A DNA stretch of 60,790 nucleotides, filler included, from Sphacelaria rigidula (taxonomy: Eukaryota): the NCBI GenBank assembly GCA_964200075.2. It is 8 parts of 8 records of this genome, joined end to end, with 100 filler letters (N's around TTAATTAATTAA, not from the genome) between each part and the next. Parts side by side here need not be neighbours in the genome. Positions count along the whole stretch, not along the records: positions 38,060 to 45,570 come from CAXNAA020014572.1; positions 45,671 to 53,180 come from CAXNAA020014573.1; 6 more parts are not named here. One strand, written 5' to 3'. A model generated the notes under the pieces. It had not been told where the DNA came from. It ran no database searches and saw nothing but the letters and a program-made list of their open reading frames with translations. Of this stretch, positions 39,202 through 52,114 are shown piece by piece (positions within the stretch are counted from its first letter, which is position 1; each line of letters starts with the position of its first letter). A program made the translations under genes and the position numbers.

Positions 39202-42200
39202 AGGGGTGTACTCATGAGAATGCATGCCATAGTCATAAGACCATTGACCTCGCTGTGTGGGAGGGGGATCACGCGACCCAGAGAAATCTAGGCGCAATTC
39301 TTGCGCTACATACTTCACGTGCAACAACATAAGAGAATAAAACAACGAGAGTCAGCGGGATATCAGATAGGCATGTACTTATCGTACTGCACCGCGCAAC
39401 AGATGGGTTCGGTTTGATCTCTTGAGTGACCGCGGGTTTTGTCACGATGAAGAACGTATGACAACAAAAACAACGGGAAAACACACTCACACGCACGCAT
39501 ATGCGACCCAAGTACACCATGGGTACACCGCGAAAAAAAAGGTACTTTTCTGTTAGTCACTTTTGTCACTCGTCACCTCTACATGTCACCTCACCTCTAT
39601 CAACACCTCATCAAATAGCCCGGTGCCTAATGCTTGGGCTCCCTTCCTGTCCTCTAGCGTCGCCAGAACGTTCTCTCGATCCTCCCACGAAATGTTCACC
39701 TGTGTACCCCCCGCGACAACAACAGAAGCAGCAGCGGCAGCAGCAGCAACAACAACGATAACAACAACGGCGACGACGACGACGAGGTCAAGAGTTTTTG
39801 ATGGAGATCGGAGAGGAGCGGGGAGGGGGGGGGGGGGGGGGTACTCCTGACGGTGGAGGCCCTAGTCACACGGGCGGTGGCCGCCCATCCCNNNNNNNNN
39901 NGGTGGGGGAGGGGCGGTGGGAGGGGGCGGGGGGGGGCAGGGTAGATGTACTCATGATCATGCATGCCATAGTCACACGACCATTGACCTCGCATTCCTG
40001 CAAAGCCGGGACGGAAGCACGCCGGGTTGTCGCCGGACCAGTCTCGCAGTCAATCTCCAAGCGCGAAGCGCCGTGACGTGTTCGGCGAGTCGCATGAAGG
40101 GTGAACTGCATCCTGCTAAGATTTTTCGGCCCGAAGCGTACTGCTTATCTTGCGTTTCAACGACAGCCTCCAATGAGTTGCTTTATTTTCTGGTATCACC
40201 ATTTCAACACTACGTAGTATCATCATCTCCTCCGCGCAGGGGTTGAGTTTCTCCCACCCCGCACAATATGGTCTAGCTCGACCACCATCATGGTTACCGC
40301 AAAAAAAAACGCAAGCGCTCGACAAAAAACGCTTTCACCTGGCTGCCTAGCTTACGCAATGAGTGGCGTGTTTTACAGCGTCATATGACCAACCGACGTC
40401 AACCCCATTAGGGGATCCGTCCCTACAAGGTCAGGACGGAGCACGCCGAGTTTTCGCCGGACCAGACTATCGCCACTTCCAGAGACACGCCACTTACTGG
40501 GTAAGAGGAGTGATGGGGGGGGGGGGGGGGGGGAGGGGGGGGTCGGCGAGACCCCCAGAAAGGGGGGCGCCGGGGGCGGGCATACTTGGGGTGGGTTTGT
40601 TTTGGGGGGNNNNNNNNNNCCGTTTTAGCAGCGGGCCGGTAGTGGGGGGGGTGAGGGGTGGGTGGGGGGGGGGGGGGGCGGGGGACGCGATGTGTCGATG
40701 AGACCACAGAATAGAGGGCTACGAGGACGGCATTACATGGGAATGCTTGCTGTTGCGGTGACCGCAGAGTCGGGTTAGGTTGCTGTGGAGCAAGTCCTGG
40801 TATGATTTGAGGGTGCTTGTCGAGAATGAGGGAACACACGCTATGATCATGATAGTGTGTTGTCATCTCCTCTATTCTGGACGCCGGTCTATACAACTCT
40901 CGGTATATGTAGGCGTACCAGCCGGGGTCACACAGGAGGGGAGGCCAACACAGAAGGCTCTACTCCTTCCTTCTGCGGCGCTTGCCCAAATATTTATTTG
41001 TCGCGAGAAGGGTTCAGCAGTCCCTTTCCCTCATCGACCGTGAAGTCGAATTTTGCGTACCCACGACATAGTCGCTCTCCACTGTTGGGCACTGGGTGAG
41101 AAAAAATCCCAGATCGTATGAATGCAACGAGATTCGAACCCACGACCCAACCGTCGGAAGGTCTCGAGGTTACCAACTGACCCATAGGGGCGACCGGTCT
41201 GACGACAGTATTCATGAATCATTTCGAGGGCGACTGCAGCTTGTTGTGGTGTAGTCTGTAGTCATATTTGCTGCGTCTCCCCACGCGGAGTCCACTGTAA
41301 GCACAGTCATATTTCCTTCACGCTGACCCTCTACCCTCGACCTCGAGACGACCCGTAAGTCGAAGGGTATCTTTCGGGTACAGTATCAAGTATATGGTGG
41401 AAACATTTGTCCGAGACACGATGCTGCCGGTTGGACAGAGACGTCAAATCGAATTACATGTGTGTTATCGTCCCCTCCATCTATTCTCGACGCCGGTCTA
41501 CACCTTTCGGTATATGTGGGCAATTCAGCTGGGGTCACACAGGAGGAAGGAAGGCCAACACACAGGAGTTTTTTTTCTTATTTTCTAGTACTCTACCTTC
41601 CTTTTGCTGTACGTGCTTGCCTTTTTGTTTTGTTTTTATCGCGAGAGGGGTTCGGCAGTCCTTTTCCCTCGTCCACCGTTAATTCGATTTTTTTCACATG
41701 TACACAAAAAACGTGAGCGATGGACTGTTGGGGGCAGAGAAGTGAAGTACAATCATGGAAGATCGTAGCCAAACGTTCAGCAAAGCATCTTCGATCGGAA
41801 TCGCAACGCTTTCAAGGTTTCCGGTTACCACGACTCGTGACGGTTTCTGTTTGATCCTCAACTGTGGGAATCGAGAGGCATGAGTACCCGACACTACTTC
41901 CGAGAAAGTGAACTGCAATCCACAACCAATTTCGAATGAAATGCGGGCTCACCGGTCTTCCGGGGTCTAACAAGCGTACAGCCCCTGGTTCTCACTCTTT
42001 GATATTTTCACTCGACCGAACAGATCCGGATCGTTCGAATGAAAAAAAAAAGAAGTAATGTCCACAGTTTTTCAAGTTTTTCGATATTCTTTGCGCTACA
42101 GCCGAAAACAACGTATTTTTGGGGTCATATGCGGTACAAACATGTGGCGCGCTGTTTCACGTGCCTGGGGTGCGGGTACCTGGGTTTTGTTGTTGTTGTT

Positions 42201-42790
42201 GTCTTCAGATTAAAAACCGTTCCGATATCTGCGGAGTACTCTGCACTGGGCATCTGATGCGGACGCCTTCCGTAGTCACACGCTAACCACCACAAGATAG
42301 GATAAATAAATAGAGCAACAAATAAAAAAAAATCGAACCCAGAAGAATTCACAAAGACGCGATACGAAAAAAAATAGAAAAAAAACGAATAAAATATGAA
42401 AATATTAAGAAACAAAGTAAGACATGAAATAATACAGTACTGCTATTATATTCAGCCTCCTGAGATTCGATGCCGTATGCGACCATTTGGGCTACTGGAG
42501 AGCAACACTAAATATACCCCCCTCCCAAGGATTGATTAGTACCGTACGAATCAATCACACCATTAAAAGTAAGTAACCATAAGATGAATCATTATTCGTC
42601 CGACCCCTTAGAAACGCTTTGATCACGTACTGTACACACAACGTGAGCGGTGGAGGAGTGATGTGCAGCACGCACCTGGTCGGGAGCATTCTCGGCGAGA
42701 AAAGAGTTGTAAATCGCCTCCGCCTCCTGTCGCCGCCGCTCCATACTCTGAAACGATGACTGGCGATATCGCATCGCCCGCTTCCAGAAC
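38191..42790 (-). CDS. Partial spliced RGS-domain protein gene (exons 42790-42676, 39699-39595, 38305-38191)
   Basis: All exons have CAG| acceptors and |GTG donors and join in frame: FWKRAMRYRQSSFQSMERRRQEAEAIYNSFLAENAPDQ / VNISWEDRENVLATLEDRKGAQALGTGLFDEVLIE / VENMLAQGPFPRFAESTVKNLERSWSMLVAGFSFADAG. RGS hallmarks are present: FW, A..IY..FL...AP.QVNI, LFD, FPRF. Confidence 0.9.
39145..39198. repeat. (GT)n microsatellite
   Basis: Perfect dinucleotide run in an RGS intron. Confidence 0.95.
40856..41197 (-). mobile_element. tRNA-derived SINE (full head)
   Basis: Minus strand head CCGGTCGCCCCTATGGGTCAGTTGGTAA (A-box-like) ... GGTTCGAATC (B-box); homologous to 4122-4457. Confidence 0.8.
41458..41700 (-). 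mobile_element. 5'-truncated copy of the same SINE
   Basis: Shares GGGGTCACACAGGAG, GACGCCGGTCTA and CAGTCCyTTyCCTC with the other copies; lacks the tRNA head. Confidence 0.7.
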
Positions 42791-43044
42791 CTGTTCGTGG
42801 GGAAAATGAGGCAAGTAAATGAAGGTGGCATGATGAAATCGTTTGAAGCACTGGACGGTAGCGAGAAAACGTTGGCTGCACTGGTAATATATATACATAT
42901 ATATATGATGACCACAGACTACGAAACAGCACGGGGATAAGATGTGTATGAGGTCTTTGTGCAGTGTATGAAATAAACGTAATGAGCGTCCAATTGTTGG
43001 AGGTGTCTCTACTACAGTAATACCAGGAGGAGTAGGAACGGCGC

Positions 43045-43165
43045 TCCGTCTCGAAAGGGATACGTGGTCACGGGCAAATGACTGAGGCAAGCAACAAATG
43101 AGTATCCCCCCCCCCCTCCCCTCCCCACGAAAAATAGAACACAACAGAACAGCACAAGGACAATC
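43045..43165 (+). repeat. Short dispersed repeat (also 38060-38150 and 45671-45750)
   Basis: AAGGGATrCGTGGTCA...AGGCAAGCAACAAATG followed by a poly-C tract, in three places. Two contigs begin within it. Confidence 0.8.
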
Positions 43166-46100
43166 TCAACCCAATGGAAGGGGTATCTACATCTACATAT
43201 GTAAGTATACAGTAGTGGGCGCCTGAACTACTTTTTGTTCAGAACGGCTTTTTTCTCGTGACTAGTCTTCGATAGAACTTGAAAGTGCAAGCGTCGGTAG
43301 ATTTCGGTGAAATAAACAGATCACTTTTCCCCCACCCAGTGCTCAAATTGGTGTTGATTGTTTTTTTTGGGTAATACGAGTACATACCCAGTTTATCAGG
43401 AGGGTGTTATTGAGCATGAAACACAGTTTTTTTCTGGCCTAGTGCAGTGAGTAGGTATAATAAAAAATTAAAACTGTACATTTCTTCACAAAAACGATCG
43501 GGACAGGCTCGATCGACCGAAACACCGAAGAGTCAAGAAGTGGGCTCAAACGTGTCAGGACCCCCGATGACCGATCAGCCCGTAAGTCTCTCAATATTCA
43601 GTGCATATTATTACTTTTTTTCATGTGGAGCGGATACAAGCATCTTCAGATCCCCAATGTGATGAGCGATGGCAAGCGAAACAGCGTGAGGAAATCGCCA
43701 AATACGAAGAAGTTACAAAAAATGAACAGTTCAGGCGCCCACTACTAGATGAAAGAAAAAAGCAATTCAACAACCGAGCGTACAGAGAGTAGTTCTGTAA
43801 CAGGGCTGTAGCACTGTAGGTCGCCCTCCAGTATATCGTTGACCGAAGAGTAATGCCGTGCGATGTTTCCCCCCCAAACCAGCCCCAAAAAATCTGTCAC
43901 GAAGACTATGGCCGTACAGCCCAGGATAGCTGGTTTCAGACTCCTTCAAGAGCCTCAAATGGGCGATGTTGGCCAAAACGACCTCAAGAACTAGAGTTCC
44001 CAGCTGCTCGATGTGCTCGGCTTTTGTCATTTTGACTCGCATGTGAATCTCGCCTCTTCAAATCAGGCACTTTTCTGGAGGGGGGGAAAAGGGGGGGAGA
44101 GGGGGGCTACCGCGGCATACTCCAAACTACCTTTTGCCCTTTGAGCATTCGATCTCTCTGCGATGCTATTTTCACGCAGATTCACTCTCTCTATTCATGT
44201 GTCGTGCATCGTGATTACTGTACACCACACCACCGTGATTACGGTACAGTGCAAAACACCCAAAGTCGTTACGGTACGGTGCGGTACAACAGTTCAAGTG
44301 TCGCATCACCAAATCTACGATTTCTCAGGCCTGATTGCTCGCAAGAGGAAAAAAAAAAAAACATGACCGCGGTCGATCAAAAACAAAGTATCTCCGCATT
44401 TATTTGTCTCGCACTTTTGAACGTGCTTCAGGTGCGCGCGTTACGTGGGGTGCAGTGCAACATCGAAAATACAACTCCCGCGGGATTAATCCGCACCGTA
44501 CAAACCCTATTACCGCAAAAAAAAAAAAGTAATTTCATACGACCCAATCACTACTTGGCAGAGTCAGTTGGCACGGTGATGGAAGCTCCGGCGGAGGAAC
44601 CTCCCGGTGAGGCGCATCAAAGACGACTTGTTGATCCTTGGGCCCTGTCCTCGCACATGAGTTTTCGATACAAAAAGTGCGGTGGAAAACAAAAATCGCG
44701 ATCTGGTACGTCGTGATTTCAACCATCTTCGAAACCTTCGACGATGGTTGAAATCACGCCCTGTCAGATCAGGATTATTGTTTCCCACCGCACATTTTCG
44801 ATCGAAAACTCATGTGCCAAGACAGGCCGTTAGAGCGCAAGGGTAGTCCATCTGCATCATGCATACTATTTTTTCAGTGAAATTAGTGCCGACTCAACAG
44901 ACGACCCGTAATAATGCTTTCTACAATACTTAGAGTAAGAGGATACGGTTGAGAGTGAAATGCGGTCAGTTTGTGAATGAATCGTTTCAGTTCCGAAATG
45001 CCCCTTCACGAGGCGACCTAACGTTTCGGTCGTGTATCTATGGTTGCTCTTTTCGAACAAACTAACGCCAACCCTAACCCTAACCTGGACTCAAGGCGTA
45101 CGAGATCCCCAGGCAAGGGGGGGGGGGTGCATAGGTTCCCCTACAGTAGGCGAAGTGTGCGTTGGGAGACCGCAAATCGACGCCGCAGGCGCCGATTTCG
45201 ACAAAAGCACGTTCTGGACGAGCTGAGTCCACTGCTCATCTGCCCCAAACCATTATTTTTTCTCAGAACTTGCTGAAGTCTAAAATCAAGTGGTGATGTT
45301 GTCAACCATACATGTACGACCAAGGCTTCATGGTAGGTTTATAATAGTGGACAAAACGACGAAGCCAGTCGCATGTGCATGCATGGCATACGATAGACCA
45401 CCACACCCTTACTGCCACCGCGGGATAAACGAAGTTGATTCCTCGAGACAACGGACTCTTATCGAAGAATTGGAGTGGAGGTAACGAAAACATGATGGGG
45501 AGCAGGGGGCAAAGGAGAGGGTGAACTAACGATCTTCCACGCCCTAGTCAGAAAAGTGGACGAGTGGGGGNNNNNNNNNNNNNNNNNNNNNNNNNNNNNN
45601 NNNNNNNNNNNNNNTTAATTAATTAANNNNNNNNNNNNNNNNNNNNNNNNNNNNNNNNNNNNNNNNNNNNCCGTCTCGAAAGGGATGCGTGGTCAATGGT
45701 CACACGATCAAGGCAAGCAACAAATGATTGCGCCCTCCCCCCCCTTCCCCCCAACAAACTAGCCCAAAATTGTCATGAAGATGGTCATAACGCCTGATGT
45801 TTGGTTTCAGGCTGCATGAAACGTCTTGTATGGAAAATATAGCGAAATCGAACCCAATCGTGGGAATTCCCAGCTGCTCATTAGAGAGTTTCGGAAGATA
45901 TTTTTTCTCATCAAAGCGTCAGAGTGCAGAGTGGAAGCGCTGAGACTTCAGAGTGGACGCTGAAACGTTCATAGAGGAAGCTGATGTGGCATGGCTTGTT
46001 GTGGAAGCCTTTTCTTCGCAGCGATTGGCCGCAGGTTTTGCCGCCAAATATGCGATCGACCAGCGATGAGTCCGAAAATGCAGAAGTCTACATAGCATTG

Positions 46101-47971
46101 ACGGTACCATACCCTGCGGCACCGTACGTACCGTAAACTACGCTTCATTGCACCTGTAGTACTTCAATTCACCACGGCGCACCGCAGGGTACTATCATGC
46201 TGTAGTTCTGTGCAGTGTCCAGTACAGCCAGTACAGTACAGAGGATACAATGCAGGACCCTACAACAGTACATCGCGGTACGGTGAACTACGGCGATACC
46301 GTACAGTCAGTCGTACAGTAGTACAGTAGTAGTTCAACAGTACGCAGCACATTCAAACAGCAGACAAGGCCGCATCGTGATGATTTCTCAACATGCCACG
46401 CGTAAGGGTGGTGCGAGAAGTTTTGACCTCTAACGGAATGGCAATGCAGCCAGGTGTAGTACTGCTTGTGCGTTGTAGACTGCGAATCGTTCACACCGTC
46501 TTGTTACAGCTGAAGCTGGCAAAAATGAGGAACTGCACCCATGGCAACGGCGTGTATCCGCCGAGCATTTGATTTTTCACTCATCGCAACCGAGCGAATG
46601 CTGATACCGTGGCAGCGTCAGGGAGGTCTTCTGATTGCGATGCAAAGCGTTTCTACTTCGTGAATGGTCCATTGTGATGAGCCGTACAGTTATGATGGAT
46701 GTCTCACTTTGCTTGTTAGGGTATATTGATTTTGAACTGGCCGTGATCATAGTGGTGAAGGTGGTCGTTCTTCGCTCTGCTATGAACTATGAAGAGGCAA
46801 AACGGTTTTCAGAATGGAGAGGTGCCAACGGCACTCTCGCTTTGGAAAATTCGCTCTAAAAAATACTTCACAGCGGAAAGTGCACCGCTACCGGCTATTT
46901 TTTCTTCCACTCTGACTCTAAGATGGAAAAAAAAAACGTTTTCCGAAACTCCTACTGTATTGTGCTCGGCATTGTTCATTTCAGTTTACGAGTAGATGTT
47001 GCCTCCCCAAACCAGCCACTTTTTTTGGGAGGGGGCTATCGTAGAAAGTGTCTTGATCGGGGGGGGGGTTTCAGTCCACCATTTGTGACTGTTCCAGCTT
47101 CATGTGTTTCTGCATCTTTCCTTCTGCGAGTGTTTCCGATTTGTTTCACGTCGGGTACGTCCATCACGCCACCACCTCCGGATCCCTAGAAGGTCTGTTT
47201 CTGTGCGACAATAAATAGATCAATCAATCAACCGCAAGTCCGACATGTTCCAAAAGCTAACCAGAAGCTAACGGCACTCCAAAGTAAGCTCACATGTATG
47301 TACCGTACGCGTACATTGCAGTATCTCACACAGGGATTCTCGACCACACAGCACCTCCCGCACTCGAAATGTAAACCAAGACCCACACGTCATTGCCAAC
47401 CGCTCACGTACCGCTGTCGGCTGGATTTTCCGAGGAGGTCCGGAGATGGCTTCTGCCCGCCGCTGTAGCTCAGCCCCGTTCGCCCCCGTATGGTTCTCCA
47501 TCACCTCCACCCTGTCAGTGAGGTCATCAATCTGAAGCCCTCGGTTTTCGGTGGTCTCTGCCAGAACATCGGTTTGATCCCTGGTAGGGTCCGCGGCGTC
47601 CTTGATACACTGCTCTTTCCTTGCCCGCGCTGCCTCGCTCAAAGTCTCAGTTTTCATCACCTTTTGGGCGTACCAGCGCGGCCTCTTGCTTTGCTTTTCC
47701 TGCGCCACAGCAGGCAACGGCCCAACAGTCATGCTACTGAAGAGGTTGCACATTGGGTCCAGATGTTTCTCATTGAAGGCTCCTCAGATTAGGAGCTACA
47801 GCAGAATTTGGGTCAGGACATTCCGATATCAAAATACGTTCGAGGTATCCCTCGTTCGTCAGAATGTTAATCGTGGCGAGCTCGCATATTGCATGAAGTA
47901 GTTTTTTGGATTAGATAGAAGGCTCCTAACGACTTAAACATGGGAAATATCCTGTGCATCCGATCGTGGGC

Positions 47972-48597
47972 TAGAGGTAGGCACCTGTGACAAAAAAACG
48001 GTTACAACCGTTTCTCGGAAACCCCAAAAGGCGTTTACCGGTTACAGTTCTGAAAAAAAATCCGGTTGAACCGTTTCACCGGAAAACCGGTTTAGCCGGG
48101 GAAAGGGGGCGTTATTATGACGGTCAAACCGTTTTTCCGGTGAACCGGTTGAACCTGCTGAGCAAAAAACGGTTAAACTGGGTATTTTTCTGAGAATAAT
48201 GCCCCTTATCCGGTGACCGTTTTTTTCCGGTATCCGGTGCCCACCTCCAGTATCGTCCTACACCTGCTTGGAGGTATGTGTTAACGGAAATATACACCTA
48301 CTTCGTACATGAAAACTCCCCACTTTAAGAGCAATGGCACACGGGAAATACTGTACCGAACGCCAGGAACAGCACTACAGGGAGTTCCATCACCCACCAC
48401 ACACGAAACACACGACAACAACGCCTAACTCACGTGTGCTTCAATGATTCGAAGGCGCCTTGCTCATCAGGTCAAACCGGTTCTCCGGTGAACCGGCTAA
48501 ACCTGCTGAAATAAATCGGGTAAATCGTTTTTTTTTTTTTAGAATAACGCCTCTAATCTGGTAACCGTTTTTTTATTGTATCCGGTACCCACCTCTA
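47972..48597. mobile_element. hAT-like non-autonomous element with two right ends
   Basis: TAGAGGTAGGCACC ... GGTACCCACCTCTA, with flanks ATCGTGGGC / ATCGTGGC (near 8-bp TSD). Many AACCG/CGGTT subterminal motifs. An internal extra end, GGTGCCCACCTCCA, lies at about 48236-48249. Confidence 0.7.
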
Positions 48598-51500
48598 ATC
48601 GTGGCACGACTCCCAAATTATCGAACGTATACCGATATAAACTGTAGACGTTTGTACAGTAAACGTATACGTATCGTACGCACTCGCTTTGCAATCGAGT
48701 CCAGGTTTCAGGCGTGTTGCTTTGCGGTAGGGTTGATGGTGGGAGCTTCTTCGCGGCATTTTGCGTCTCCCAAGAAAGAGATGAGAAAAGGCCAGTTTTG
48801 TGAATGGGCTTTGACTGGTATAGCAGCACCGTAGGCGCCCCGTATAATGATCATCCCAAATAACAGCATTGAATAATTTTTCTCCATATTGCCACACGGG
48901 TAATCGGTACTTTAGGAGCTACGACGGTTTGCGTGTGCTGACTGCATGGACTGTACTGACTGTGGTGACTGTAATGGCTGTACTTCCGCGACAAGAAAAA
49001 TTACTCCAATTCAGTGTAAACGACAGAAGCAAAGGAATAAATGGCTAAAACATAGTACAGACAGTACCTATCATAGCATCTTTGAGCTTTATGAGTGGAA
49101 AATGTGAAGTAATTGGGGTATGCCACCAGCAGTGTTAACAACACGCATCAGCAGTCTATGGAGGTACTGTCGTGCTTTGTGAGTGTCATGAAACAGTGTG
49201 CCGTCTGAACAGCTAGGTTGTACACTATGTGCGACTGATGGGAAGGGTAGGGTCGGGGTGCACAGGTACGCTTGGCATCTCAAATCTCAAGAATATATAT
49301 ATATATATATGCTGTACCGCGTTTCCGTTGTACTCCATACTTTTCATCCCACAGGCTCGGCACTGTTTCCCCCGAAAACCACTGACATCTCGATGGTGGG
49401 TAAAGAGGAGCGTGCTCTACTGTCTCTATGGCGGCATTATCAATTTGGATTAAGCTCTCGTCAACATCCAGACCTGTTATCGTCGACGGCACCGATCTTA
49501 TGGGCATGGGTTCATACCCGAAAATTTGAGAATATTTGAAGTCAGTCAGTGTCAGTGTAGAAAGTGAGTCAGTGAGGACCGGTGCGGGTACAACGATACA
49601 AAACTTAGGGATAAGCGGACTTAGCAAATTATGAGGTACGTCAAATCACCACAAGTTGACACCCATGTTGAGTGACGTACATTCGATGGGTTTCACCCGA
49701 AAAGCTCACAACGAGAGGAGCGCCTTCTTGTATCGCGCCTGGATTCAATTCTTGGTGTTGAAGGTGACGTCTGCACTGTTCAGCCTGTTTATAGTAGGTG
49801 CTCACGCACACCACCCCCCACCTCTCGTGGTCTACATCGCCGTTGCTCGCGCCTTCCTGTTCTCAGGTGACCGAATGACCAACGCTTTCGAGATGGCATG
49901 AGTCCATAGCTGCAATGAGCTACACCTCAAATGTCAGTTCCACGGAAGGACTACCCTGGGACACAACTTGTTTACATGGGGTCAGCTATAGCCTCTTCAC
50001 GCTGACCCCGCTAAAAATCGTCAAAATCACTGAGCATTATTTGTTTTTTCGACTTCGGCTTCTATATCGTTCTGTTCGACTTTTTTTTTTTCTGTTCCTT
50101 CTTTTCTTCAGAGCGTGTTTCAGTTTCGTATTTCTTGGGTACGTCTATTATGAGACCACGGCTGGACCCCTGGGGGGTCAGTTAAAGTGCGACAATCAAT
50201 CAATCAATACTCGTAGCCGCCACCGAGCCGAAAACCTGACTTCGAAATCCAAGTGCTGGAGGCGGTACAGGTCGTCCGTCACACGGGCAGAAAACGATTA
50301 TAAGACGCACGACGAAACGAAACAACGTGCAAATAGTGAGGGAAACAAGAAAGATACTCTCGGTAGACGCTGTGCGTCACAAGGGGACGGGGCAGTTCAC
50401 TAATAGAAGCAGCTCTCTTTTGTGCTGCTGTTGCAACATCAGTAGGAGCACCTGAAGCTGCGTCGTGAAATAGGCTGCTGCGAAGCAGCGAACACACAAG
50501 TCGCCTGCGCCGTGCGGAGGGCGCACGCTTGTGACTGCCAAGCGTGGCTGAGGCAAGCCGATACTACGCCCTGACAAACAAGGTATGTCTTAAGTATTGC
50601 CTCAGGGCCCCTTTTAAGAAAGGGTTGCCTAAAATCGGTGTTTTTCGCCTGAAATGCGCTCATCTTCCCCGAGGCACACGAAAGCAAGCATGAAATAACG
50701 CGGTTAGGCGACAACTCTATAAAACTGCGGGCTAGAGAACACAATTACCTCAGAGGGTCATGGGGAGATATTTTCATTTTTTTTCTACGGGACGGGGCCC
50801 ACTTTCCGAGGCAATTCCGCAGAGTGCACACAGCAAACTGGTACCGGAGGCTGCAGAGTGGAATACCACGACAAAATATACCCCTGCTAGTGAGAACTGG
50901 CCGGTATCATGTCTGCGCAAAGGGGTAGTTTAAATTCCGCAGCGTCGCCGCCACGGGCTGATCAAGCTGCTTATCGTCCCACCGGCGCGGAGCAACCTCC
51001 GCCTGAGGTAGCAGCGGCGCAACCTGCGATTGCCGTAGCGTCCTACGGTTTTATTGCGTTGTCGAGTGCTCAGTCAGGGCAGAGAGCTGATGGGAAAATC
51101 TAGGGCGAGCGAGAAACATGGTCGAACCCCACGCAAAACTGGAGTTCTGCTTTTATTTCCCATCACCCCATATGAATTACCTGTCAAGTGGTCAGCTTTG
51201 CTCGCTGCTGTGCGTGTGTTGTACTATATGCAACAACACAAGCGTGTGTGTTCTTTGACTTCTTCCGTTATCTCTAGATTGCGTTCACTGCCAGTAGGTA
51301 GATCAAGAGAGGAGAGGATCCAATTTAATGTGATACGAACGATAGGACGACTAGGTGACGCGACACTTCCCCGCCATTACATGCTTAATTATTGCTCTTA
51401 CTACCGCTCGCAGACGTTCTGCTGTTCACACATACCCAAAGCACTATCCCGCTGGTGCGCGCACATAATACGCTTGCTAATATGCGTTGAGCACTGAACC

Positions 51501-51731
51501 GTGCCGCCGTACTAAAACGTGCATCAAAGGCGAAAGGAAAAAAGCCGTGTGTAAGGCATTACCTGAGGCGCACCTAGGGCATGAATGGGCGTATACCGCA
51601 CATGCCTTGAAGTTGTTTCACCCAATATATTTCCCCCCCCGGCGAGCATTGCTGCGCATGCCTTAGTACGCCTACGGCTTGCTTTCTTTGACAGGAACTA
51701 GGCGAAACCCATCGCCGGCGTAGGCGCAGCA

Positions 51732-52096
51732 AACAGCCGATCATCCATTTTGAGGATGGAGCTTTTAATTTGAGGATGATAACCCGGAAAGTTAAAAGCT
51801 TCGCACCCAGACCAATTCTTCGAGATATGGTTCAATTCCTCCATCTGCTGGTAGCTATTGACAACCACTACACGCCATGAAAATTCGGAATCCGATGACC
51901 GAAATTCGGGGGTCCTAGGTGAAAAGAGAATGTTGGAAATTCAATTGATTCGGCCGGATCATCAAAATTTCCAAGGAATGTTCTTCACCTAGGACCCCAA
52001 ACTGCGGCCATGGGAATCCAAATTCTCATGGCGTGTAGCTGTTGTCAATATCTACCAGCAGATGAAGGATCGGAACCATATCTCGAAGAGCTGGGA
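51732..52096. mobile_element. Foldback element related to 17850-18296 (right arm truncated)
   Basis: CTTCGAGATATGGTTC...GGGGTCCTAGGTGAA pairs with TTCACCTAGGACCCC...GAACCATATCTCGAAG. Confidence 0.8.
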
Positions 52097-52114
52097 TTGA
52101 TAGAAAGACTTCAA

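Noticed and set aside
41120-41197. tRNA gene
   Set aside because: It has A/B boxes but no closable acceptor stem, and it continues into a repeated SINE body (the same applies to 4122-4190).
45061-45085. Telomere (CCCTAA) remnant; similar at ~17451-17475
   Set aside because: Only 2-3 imperfect units, internal, and apparently part of small repeats.
47268-47900. Coiled-coil ORF as a viral or transposon gene
   Set aside because: The upstream frame has several stops and no diagnostic motif; it cannot be assigned without a search.
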